Origin: an uncultured Candidatus Poseidoniales archaeon | Lineage (GTDB): Archaea; Thermoplasmatota; Poseidoniia; Poseidoniales; Thalassarchaeaceae | Reading direction: 5' to 3' | DNA: 64,000 bases | NCBI GenBank assembly: GCA_902573015.1 | Contig: CACGIE010000002.1 | Location: 7,660-71,659 of the forward strand | Shown here: piece after piece, positions 30,401 through 37,289 of the stretch | Numbering within the stretch: position 1 is the first letter of the stretch | Layout: every line of letters begins with the position of its first letter | Position numbers and translations under genes: made by a program | The notes under the pieces: model-generated | The model's database searches: none | What the model was told of the DNA's origin: nothing | What the model saw: the letters and a program-made list of their open reading frames with translations, nothing else

Positions 30401-31355
30401 CCCTGTTGTCTATGGCCCACTGGGCACCTTGCATCACATCCTCGATATCGCCATCGCAACAACCTAGGATGTTGATCAGGTAGGCTCCGGGAGCTGCACC
30501 GACATATCGTAAACCGGTTCCAGGATCTGTCTGCCCACCACCGGAACCAGCGGCAATTCCTGCGACGTGGGTACCGTGGGTGCCCGAATCATATGACGTA
30601 GAAGGGTCTTGTTCTTCATCGGTGAAAACTGCATCAAAGAAAGCGATAATCTTCGGATCGCAGTCGGAGGGGATTGGCTGTGGCTCTGGGTCCAGAGGAT
30701 CTGGCTCGGGAGGGTCATCGATACAGGTAAAGGGATCATCGTCCATATCGTTAAGGCCCTCATGGTCGCCACGAACTCCTGTATCTAGGATTGCGATTAC
30801 AGATCCAGTTCCGTCTAGTCCGAAGTCATTCCAGACTGTGTCAACAGCCATGTTGGGGACGGCTTCATGCATGTTTGTCTCAGCCAGTCCAAGATCCTCA
30901 ATCATCACAACCCCACTGAGTGATCTGATCCCATTTTCATCCAATATTGAGGACACTGGTGAGGTGGCCGAGACAGTATTGAGGTATCCGAACCTGAAAG
31001 TAACTTCGACCCCTAGTGACTCTAAGGCAGAGATATCGGCATCAGTTGGGTGGTGGTCGTAGTCTACGAAGATCCTTGCATGTTCTTCCGGAGCCCTCCT
31101 CCACCAATCCCTCTTGACTTCCTCCGGTTGCTCAATTAGCCATTCTAGTCTGTCGTCAATGGAGTTGGAATCCTTGTCTCTGCTCCAATGTGTCCACCAT
31201 TTCCAATGTATGTCTGACTCCACTGATGGGGCCCACTTTCCTTCGGCATCAAAACCGCCGTTAGGTACTTCTTCTACCCAAATAGAGGAAGACGCCATGG
31301 GAGCTATTAGGACCAATAGAGCCAGGGGCAAGAACATCGAGCGGCGTCCGGCCAT
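27429..31355 (-). CDS. Subtilase (S8) protease fused to an AmpG-like MFS transporter
   Basis: Signal peptide; triad motifs ILDTG, HGTHVAG, GTSMATP and oxyanion AGN; TM helix; then LYFAQGLP, LPWTFKWIWGPLVD, RRQWI, QDVATDALAV, GGTQFTAYMS. Confidence 0.9.
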   Translation of the reverse strand: MAGRRSMFLPLALLVLIAPMASSSIWVEEVPNGGFDAEGKWAPSVESDIHWKWWTHWSRDKDSNSIDDRLEWLIEQPEEVKRDWWRRAPEEHARIFVDYDHHPTDADISALESLGVEVTFRFGYLNTVSATSPVSSILDENGIRSLSGVVMIEDLGLAETNMHEAVPNMAVDTVWNDFGLDGTGSVIAILDTGVRGDHEGLNDMDDDPFTCIDDPPEPDPLDPEPQPIPSDCDPKIIAFFDAVFTDEEQDPSTSYDSGTHGTHVAGIAAGSGGGQTDPGTGLRYVGAAPGAYLINILGCCDGDIEDVMQGAQWAIDNRDKYGIDIVTSSLGEQQFEVHIDNDGSSAWSRQMDMVVEAGIITTLSAGNEFGGATLAGCNTIDSPGDAELPVTVASLDKDLGLAIYSSRGYTSDFRVKPDVATIGSSIMAPDAATQDGYTSKSGTSMATPLMAGIAALMVQANPDLTPTEFKDIISAHSIERDIQLLNDPGFNDCSVLETRPDNEFGFGQADPTAFVEAAGSIDRSLNVSMEVSTLQEIGNESYVTGTSSGAAPGTGLVEVKIGGGLWSGAADLSKDGDWSSWSIKLDPHEKSGNSTIYARLVVSDDSISPVDARRVILLDVQFSGSSSSSGLTNLGPIAFFVPFLLAIALVLFVGRREEWLQTTTSESDENHEDSASSLEPEETLSWSERMSKNISELGKGGAITENPIKRVLTLCLLYFAQGLPQGFASVTFAAYLVANGVSVPEIAILFATVSLPWTFKWIWGPLVDSIYIEKYGPRRQWIVFAQTGMALTLGSLLLVPDLNGQIDLVARILFVHNIFSSLQDVATDALAVEVLEPDEVARVNGLMFAAKRVGIIFGGAVLGVLITKIGISGVIAAQLVMLAFIIMVPLLMVEKPGVQLFPWSRTTDVTDSPKSRTDSGALIAEVVDDSEEAPWEEEEEFRVARIVGYSIANKRVSISSFLAVSGACIWLFGFVMDVFTVDWGFGKNVRIGFPALEAKQILGFDLRPWSGTNRISLALILLSVISTGKSRLISPQSEDALPNPILLILAPIGAISNYMPGNGRFDPESVSKTVARTSFYLTKAFSVRSAFLLVIAGLLGELYYFTSPIYVDIFINEAGWSQQKYNGIVGGIALLGSVSGQIIGGILGDKFGIRRVAMVSFLVLALANATFAFLEPMWGNTLVMTIYLIGQYFVAGIALICIISLCMRLTWSKVGGTQFTAYMSILNTSVVFAYTLTERMISVFNYTSAIYIGAALTLVTTFFLLFIDENETDRVLEGRWDGDDELDDLGESPWWDAEEGGEQPVASA

Positions 31356-31401
31356 AGTTCCGCGGACAAATGGTCATGTTTGAGATTTAGGACTACAATA
31401 T

Positions 31402-32271
31402 TCATCCAATAACCTGTACTCCTTGCTCGTCGAAGTCCCAATCCAGAATTTGCCAACCCTCGTCCTCGATGTACTGAGTGGCATATTCCTTGCCAGAAGG
31501 TGAGCAAAGCAAAGCTGAGCACCCCCCTCCCCCGGCCCCTAGCGCCTTCCAAGCTACGATCGATCCTGACTCAATCAGAGGCATGACGACAGCTCGAAAC
31601 GGATCGTGAATAGTGGGGTCGATCATATCGACTCCCTCGCAGACTCCCCTCAATGAAGAAACTACCAAATCTCTCCTATCCTGTTGCAAACCTTTTGCCA
31701 TCTCTCTCGCGGAACTCCTTATCTTGTGCAAACCTTGGATTACTCCCTCGTCCCCATTTGAGTAACTGGACCATACCGATTCCTGGATTTCCCCTGAATT
31801 CCTGCTGCTTCCTGAGTAAGCAATTACCAGGTGCTTCTTCAGCCAATTCAATGAGGACTTCATCGGCTCGAAAGGCATTCTCTCTACCGAGTCTCCAATA
31901 AACAGAAGGTGATTGAAGCCGCCAACTGCAGAGGCCCAATGATCTTGCCTTCCACAGCGATTCTCTTTTGACTCTGAAAGGAATGCCTGCTCGGCTATTT
32001 CATCGAGGTTCTCTAATTGGCTTGACGAAGTTAGCGCTGCCAGTGCAACATTCATCGCTGAACTGGTTCCCAGACCGGAACCACGAGGAACTGGGAAGTC
32101 GAATTCTAAATCAGAATCTTCCACTTCCTCACGTTTCCTTACCCTAACTCTATGATTTATTGCGAAATTTACTACCTCTCCACCAAAATCTGTAGGATAG
32201 GGGGGAACATCGGTCCATCCTCCCGCCAAATCCACCCTTAATGGGGCCGAAGATTCTGTGGAGCCGCTCAT
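31402..32271 (-). CDS. GHMP kinase, HddA/fucokinase-like subfamily
   Basis: APLRVDLAGGWTD, P.GSGLGTSS, GRQD, KALGAGGGG. Confidence 0.85.
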   Translation of the reverse strand: MSGSTESSAPLRVDLAGGWTDVPPYPTDFGGEVVNFAINHRVRVRKREEVEDSDLEFDFPVPRGSGLGTSSAMNVALAALTSSSQLENLDEIAEQAFLSESKENRCGRQDHWASAVGGFNHLLFIGDSVERMPFEPMKSSLNWLKKHLVIAYSGSSRNSGEIQESVWSSYSNGDEGVIQGLHKIRSSAREMAKGLQQDRRDLVVSSLRGVCEGVDMIDPTIHDPFRAVVMPLIESGSIVAWKALGAGGGGCSALLCSPSGKEYATQYIEDEGWQILDWDFDEQGVQVIG

Positions 32272-32330
32272 AGGACAATGCGAGGGGTTCGAAGACATCA
32301 CTTTTTCTAGACCGAAAATGTCGGGTATCT

Positions 32331-33062
32331 ATGGCCTCTCCGCGAGACATGGATGATGAGGTAGGGAGGGCGATATCTGCCTTCAAGTCTGGAAGACCCG
32401 TGATGATTTACGATTCAGACTATCGAGAGATGGAAACTGATCTGCTTTGGCATGCAGCAGCAGCGACACCAGAAGTGATTAGAAGGCTCAGAAACGACTG
32501 TGGTGGCCTCCTATTCCTTGCCATAGGTGATGAAATTGGAGAAATGTTCGGCCTTCCTTGGTTACAAGACATTCACTCTCACAAGTCTTTGGTGGAAGAG
32601 AATCCTGTTCTAGGACATCTAGTAACAAATGATCTCCAGTATGACTCAAGATCGGCGTTCACCCTTTCTCTTAACCATAGGGAGACGTTCACGGGAATTA
32701 CAGATAGAGACAGGTCCCTAACAACGAGAAGATTTGGAGAATTATCCGGAGAACTGATAGAAAAAGATGAAAATGGAGCTAGGGCGAAGGAAAGGCTTGG
32801 GAAGGAATTCAGAACTCCTGGCCATATCCCAGTATGCAGAGAGTCCCCTGGGGGTCTAAAGACGCGTCAGGGCCATACCGAACTTGCCGTTTCAATTGCG
32901 AGATTGGCGGGGTTGACAGCTTGTACGATAGGTGCGGAGATGCTAGAACCAGAGGGAGATGGCGCCTTGTCTTTGGAAGGTGCTAGGGCATACGCAAACA
33001 AGCACGGGATTCCAATGATTACCGGAGAGCAGGTTTCAGCAATTTTCAATGAAAAAGATTAG
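32331..33062 (+). CDS. ribB: 3,4-dihydroxy-2-butanone-4-phosphate synthase (archaeal type)
   Basis: YDSDYREMETD, YD.RSAF, TGITDRDR, FRTPGH, RQGHTE. Confidence 0.92.
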   Translation: MASPRDMDDEVGRAISAFKSGRPVMIYDSDYREMETDLLWHAAAATPEVIRRLRNDCGGLLFLAIGDEIGEMFGLPWLQDIHSHKSLVEENPVLGHLVTNDLQYDSRSAFTLSLNHRETFTGITDRDRSLTTRRFGELSGELIEKDENGARAKERLGKEFRTPGHIPVCRESPGGLKTRQGHTELAVSIARLAGLTACTIGAEMLEPEGDGALSLEGARAYANKHGIPMITGEQVSAIFNEKD

Positions 33063-33084
33063 GCGAGGCATCTGAGGAGGCTGG

Positions 33085-33546
33085 ATGATGACTAGGGTGA
33101 TGGCAGTTGGGATCTTCGATCTGCTACATGCCGGCCATCTGCACTATGTTGAGCAAGCCAAATCACTTGGTGAGGAGCTAGTTGTTGTAATCGCGCATGA
33201 TGAAACAGTGAGAAAGCAGAAGCACGAGCCAGTGACAGGGCAGGACTTGAGAAGAAGGATGGTTGAAGGACTGAAACCAGTGGATCAGGCAATAATTGGT
33301 AACCCTCCCGGAGTTCCCATATTCGAGATTCTCGGACAGATAAGGCCAGATTTAATCGCACTGGGCTATGATCAGAAGCACTCTATCGATGCAATTAGGA
33401 AAGGATTGGATCAACATGGTTTCGAAGATGTAGAAGTGACACGTGTAGAAGGACTATCTGACGATCTAGACGGAACTAGGAAGATTATCGCAAGAATCCT
33501 TGACCTATGGCCAGGAACAGAGGGCGGACCTTACGAGGAAGATTGA
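33085..33546 (+). CDS. ribL: Archaeal FAD synthetase (cytidylyltransferase fold)
   Basis: GIFDLLHAGH, LGYDQ; located within the rib operon. Confidence 0.85.
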   Translation: MMTRVMAVGIFDLLHAGHLHYVEQAKSLGEELVVVIAHDETVRKQKHEPVTGQDLRRRMVEGLKPVDQAIIGNPPGVPIFEILGQIRPDLIALGYDQKHSIDAIRKGLDQHGFEDVEVTRVEGLSDDLDGTRKIIARILDLWPGTEGGPYEED

Positions 33547-33548
33547 GA

Positions 33549-34151
33549 ATGTTTACCGGAATTGTTGCAGGAACTGCCCCCATAGTGGATATCGGTGGTG
33601 ATGATTCAGTACGTACATTTTCTGTGGATCTAAAGGGATTCGATAGTGATCTCGAAATAGGTGCAAGCGTATCATTGGACGGAGTTTGTATGACAGTGGT
33701 GAATTTAGATAACGGGATAGTCTCCTTTGATGCGATTTCTGAGACATTGGAAAGAACTACCCTTTCCAACAGCATGGTAGGGGACTTGCTAAATGTAGAA
33801 AGATCTCTACGCCTTGGAGATGAGTTGGGCGGCCACATCCTCTCTGGACACATTATTGGTACGGCAGAGATTCTGAAAAGAGAAGAGGTTGGGGACGGGG
33901 TTGATTTCCTGATCTCCATTCCAAATGGCTGTAACCAATTCATTCTAGAAAAGGGCTACATCGCAGTTGATGGCATGTCTCTGACAGTAGGAAAATGCGA
34001 CGAAGATTCTTTCTTCCTGCACATTATACCTGAGACGCTAAGGATAACGAGCATTGGAAATAAGTCTGAGGGAGATTTGGTGAATATAGAGATAGACTCC
34101 AGGACTCAGGCAGTGGTGGAGGCAATGATGAGGATGGGTGTTGAATCTTGA
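33549..34151 (+). CDS. ribE: Riboflavin synthase, bacterial-type alpha chain
   Basis: N-terminal MFTGIV, DGVCMTV, LGGHILSGH, VNIEID. Confidence 0.95.
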   Translation: MFTGIVAGTAPIVDIGGDDSVRTFSVDLKGFDSDLEIGASVSLDGVCMTVVNLDNGIVSFDAISETLERTTLSNSMVGDLLNVERSLRLGDELGGHILSGHIIGTAEILKREEVGDGVDFLISIPNGCNQFILEKGYIAVDGMSLTVGKCDEDSFFLHIIPETLRITSIGNKSEGDLVNIEIDSRTQAVVEAMMRMGVES

Positions 34152-34540
34152 ATCTGGGTATTGTCTGCGGATCTTTCCACAGGGAACAAGTTGAGAGGAT
34201 GCTGAAATTTGCTATTGATGAGGCTAGTTCGAAAAATTGGGAAGTTTCTGAAGTTGTATGGGTTCCCGGATCGATGGAAGCCCCCCTGGCAATAGATAGG
34301 ATGCTACAGAGTGCCGAAATACAAGGGGCAGTAGTGTTGGGAATTATCGAGAAAGGGCAGACCGATCACGGCCTAGTGATGGGGCAGTCGGTCACTAAGT
34401 CCGTGATTGAACTTCAAATCAAGCATAACAAGCCCATAGGTTTGGGAATCATAGGGCCGGGAGCGGAGCCTGAGCATATCGAGCCCAGACTTGAGCCGCA
34501 TGCCAGATCAGCGGTTGGCGCAGTAGCGGCAATGTCTTAG
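34148..34540 (+). CDS. ribH: 6,7-dimethyl-8-ribityllumazine synthase
   Basis: VPGSMEAP, LG.I.KGQTDH, KPIGLGIIGPG. Confidence 0.92.
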   Translation: MNLGIVCGSFHREQVERMLKFAIDEASSKNWEVSEVVWVPGSMEAPLAIDRMLQSAEIQGAVVLGIIEKGQTDHGLVMGQSVTKSVIELQIKHNKPIGLGIIGPGAEPEHIEPRLEPHARSAVGAVAAMS

Positions 34541-34552
34541 TGAGAGAAGGTT

Positions 34553-34873
34553 TCACTCGCCGGGAAGGCTCATAGAAGGCAATTCAGTCGAAATGGCTTC
34601 GTCCATATCCTCTACTGTGATAAGAGGTGTCAGCTTTCCATTGAAAACTCCAGATGCTCCAACGTGAAGAGAGAACTTCACGGCCGTTGCCTGTGGGATA
34701 TCGGCAATCATCACGAAATCCATCTCGCCGAACGACCAGTAGTAGGCTTCTAGTGACCCCCCCATGGCTTCAACTATCCTCATCGCTTCTTCCTTCCTTG
34801 CCTTGCCCCCATCTTTTAGTAGGCCAGCGGCACCTTCCTTAGTGTAGTTTCCAGAATACATGTATTTTGGCAT
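34553..34873 (-). CDS. GYD domain protein
   Basis: YT.EGA.GL, GG.LEAYYW.FG..D; matches the GYD family pattern. Confidence 0.85.
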   Translation of the reverse strand: MPKYMYSGNYTKEGAAGLLKDGGKARKEEAMRIVEAMGGSLEAYYWSFGEMDFVMIADIPQATAVKFSLHVGASGVFNGKLTPLITVEDMDEAISTELPSMSLPGE

Positions 34874-34984
34874 GAATTGGCCGCATGATGGTTGTTATAT
34901 TACGATTTCTTTCTCTATTTTTTCAAAATCGAGCAGGATTTCTGACTGTCAAGATTCAAGGGATGCCTTACACCTCGGTAGCTT

Positions 34985-35914
34985 ATGGGAGAAGATGTCA
35001 GGAGCGTAATCATTGTTGGTTCTGGCCCTGCAGGATACACTGCAGGCCTATATACGGCTAGAGCCCTGCTGGATCCATTGATGTTCGCAGGTTACATGTC
35101 CGGAGGTCAACTAATGTTAACATCAGATGTTGAGAACTTTCCCGGATACCCCAAGGGAATAGGCGGGCCCGAAATGATGATCGATATGAGGGAGCAAGCC
35201 GAAAGGTTCGGTTTGGAGGTTCATGACAAGAATGTCGAAAGAGTCGATCTTTCCGAACGACCCTTTCGGGTTTGGGTCGAAGGAGAGGAGTTCAGGGCTC
35301 ATTCACTGATTATTTGTACAGGTGCAGAAGCAATTTGGCTTGGAGCAGAAGGTGAGGAGGAGCAGAAAGGGCGCGGTATTTCCACATGTGCCACATGTGA
35401 TGGTGCTTTCTTCCGAGACGAAGAGATCATTGTTGTTGGAGGGGGTGATTCAGCGATGGAAGAGGCTACTTTCCTGACTAGGTTTGCGAGAAAGGTTACT
35501 GTCATCCACCGGAGAGATGTGTTCAAGGCGTCAAAGGTCATGTACGAAAGAGCAGAGAAGCATCCTAAAATAGAAATCAAGACATTTAGGCAAGTGAAAA
35601 AATGGATTGCAGGTGAACAAGGCCTTACTGGAGCGATACTAGAGGATCCTCGAGATGGATCGGAGGAGGAGATTAGTTGCGCTGGTGCATTTATTGCGAT
35701 AGGTCACAAACCAATTACTCAATTCTTAGGTGAACAGATTGAGACTGATTCGGAGGGATACATCGTCCACAAGGAGAATACTATGACTGAGGTTCCTGGA
35801 GTTTTCGCTGCAGGGGATGTTGTCGACAAAAGGTATCGTCAAGCGATTACAGCTGCTGGCATGGGGTGCCAAGCTGCGATTGATGCAGAAAAATGGTTGG
35901 AAGAGCAAGATTGA
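34985..35914 (+). CDS. trxB: Thioredoxin reductase
   Basis: GSGPAG, CATCDG, GGGDSAMEE, AAGDV. Confidence 0.96.
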   Translation: MGEDVRSVIIVGSGPAGYTAGLYTARALLDPLMFAGYMSGGQLMLTSDVENFPGYPKGIGGPEMMIDMREQAERFGLEVHDKNVERVDLSERPFRVWVEGEEFRAHSLIICTGAEAIWLGAEGEEEQKGRGISTCATCDGAFFRDEEIIVVGGGDSAMEEATFLTRFARKVTVIHRRDVFKASKVMYERAEKHPKIEIKTFRQVKKWIAGEQGLTGAILEDPRDGSEEEISCAGAFIAIGHKPITQFLGEQIETDSEGYIVHKENTMTEVPGVFAAGDVVDKRYRQAITAAGMGCQAAIDAEKWLEEQD

Positions 35915-35955
35915 CGACCGAAGGTACCTTGATTGGACCCCCTTTCACGGTGACA

Positions 35956-37059
35956 ATGTCAGGCCACCTAAGTCCGGAGCAGAGGGATAGATATGCACGA
36001 CACCTGGTCCTTCCAGGGGTTGGTTCTGAGGGGCAGGAGAAATTGCTGAAATCATCAGTTCTTGTGATAGGAGCAGGGGGCCTTGGGTCTCCAGCATTGA
36101 TGTATTTGGCCGCTGCTGGAGTGGGCAGAATAGGGATTGTTGACAATGATAAAGTCAGTTCATCGAATTTGCAGAGACAGATAATTCACAGTACTTCTTC
36201 TATCGGAAGTGCGAAAGTTAAGTCCGCATCAAATTGGATTTCTGAGTTAAATCCAGATATAGAGATAGAAGAAATTGAAGAGAAGCTAACTAGTGAAAAT
36301 TCGATTCAGATTATTTCTAAATATGACGTAGTTATTGACGGTACAGACAATTTCGAGTCACGATATCTGATTGGTGACTCATGTGAGATTCTAGGTAAAC
36401 CGTGGATTTTTGGTAGTATTCACAGATTTGAGGGGCAGGTGTCATCATTCAATTTCAAGGACGGCCCCAACTATAGGGATTTGTTTCCATCACCTCCGCC
36501 GCCAGAATTAGCGCCTAATTGCTCGGAGGCGGGAGTTCTTGGAATTCTTCCCGGAATTGTCGGAACCATCCAAGCTACTGAGGCGATCAAGATCATTCTT
36601 GGCGTTGGAAACTGTCTGTCCGGAGAATTGCTAGTAATCGATGCCTTGACCATGGATTTCAGGAAACTTGAGTTTTCTTTGAACACCGAACGAGAGAAGG
36701 TAACTTCACTCTCAAAAAAGCAAGAGAAGGGGTTTTCTGAGATAGGTGCTAAGGAATTCTCCGAAAGGAGAAATGAGGGGTGGGCCCCATTCCTACTCGA
36801 TGTTAGAAGATCCGATGAAGAGCAAATTTCCTCTATTGGGGGCACTGATTCTAGAATAATGCATCTAGAAATACCTTCCAGATTGGAAGAGTTGCCCTCG
36901 CAGGGGGATATTGTGGTTTATTGCAGAAGTGGACAGAGGTCTGATGCCGTAGCCAGGTTCATTGTGAATTCCGGATTGTGCAATGGCATAATCTACAACC
37001 TATTAGGGGGGATTAATGCCTGGTCGGACGAGGTAGATCCTACTGTTGTTAAATATTAA
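35956..37059 (+). CDS. moeB: MoeB/MoeZ adenylyltransferase with C-terminal rhodanese
   Basis: RYARHL, GAGGLGS, SNLQRQ, PNCSEAGV, rhodanese YCRSGQRS; start ATG 35956. Confidence 0.92.
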   Translation: MSGHLSPEQRDRYARHLVLPGVGSEGQEKLLKSSVLVIGAGGLGSPALMYLAAAGVGRIGIVDNDKVSSSNLQRQIIHSTSSIGSAKVKSASNWISELNPDIEIEEIEEKLTSENSIQIISKYDVVIDGTDNFESRYLIGDSCEILGKPWIFGSIHRFEGQVSSFNFKDGPNYRDLFPSPPPPELAPNCSEAGVLGILPGIVGTIQATEAIKIILGVGNCLSGELLVIDALTMDFRKLEFSLNTEREKVTSLSKKQEKGFSEIGAKEFSERRNEGWAPFLLDVRRSDEEQISSIGGTDSRIMHLEIPSRLEELPSQGDIVVYCRSGQRSDAVARFIVNSGLCNGIIYNLLGGINAWSDEVDPTVVKY

Positions 37060-37235
37060 TGTGGTATATATTATCACAATATGTCTTTTTATTGTGGTAA
37101 TTAATCATAAATATGGTTTAATTTTTTATTTTTTCAATATATGTGGTAAATATAAACTTAATATATCTTTTAATTGTGGTAAAAGTTCTACTCATAATTG
37201 TTTAATACCACATAATATAACTAATTGTGGTAAAA
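37060..37235. repeat. AT-rich intergenic island with repeated TGTGGTA boxes (iteron/origin-like)
   Basis: TGTGGTA at 37060, 37093, 37142, 37175, 37226; inverted copy TACCACA at 37206 and near-copy TATCACA at 37072; 36 G+C in 190 nt (37051-37240). Confidence 0.85.
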
Positions 37236-37289
37236 TGTGAAAATCTTGGCCAATATTGTTGTACTAGGCTCATTCGTGATTCAAACAAT

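Noticed and set aside
37060..37235. CRISPR array or dif site interpretation of the repeats
   Set aside because: Repeats are only 7-14 nt, unevenly spaced and in both orientations, with no cas genes. There is no clean 11-6-11 dif architecture.
37046..37240. 64-aa ORF over the AT-rich island, and the GTG 37227 start for the E1 gene
   Set aside because: The I/N/K/Y-rich composition is a by-product of AT-rich repeats. The GTG lies inside a TGTGGTA box, so ATG 37290 is more plausible.
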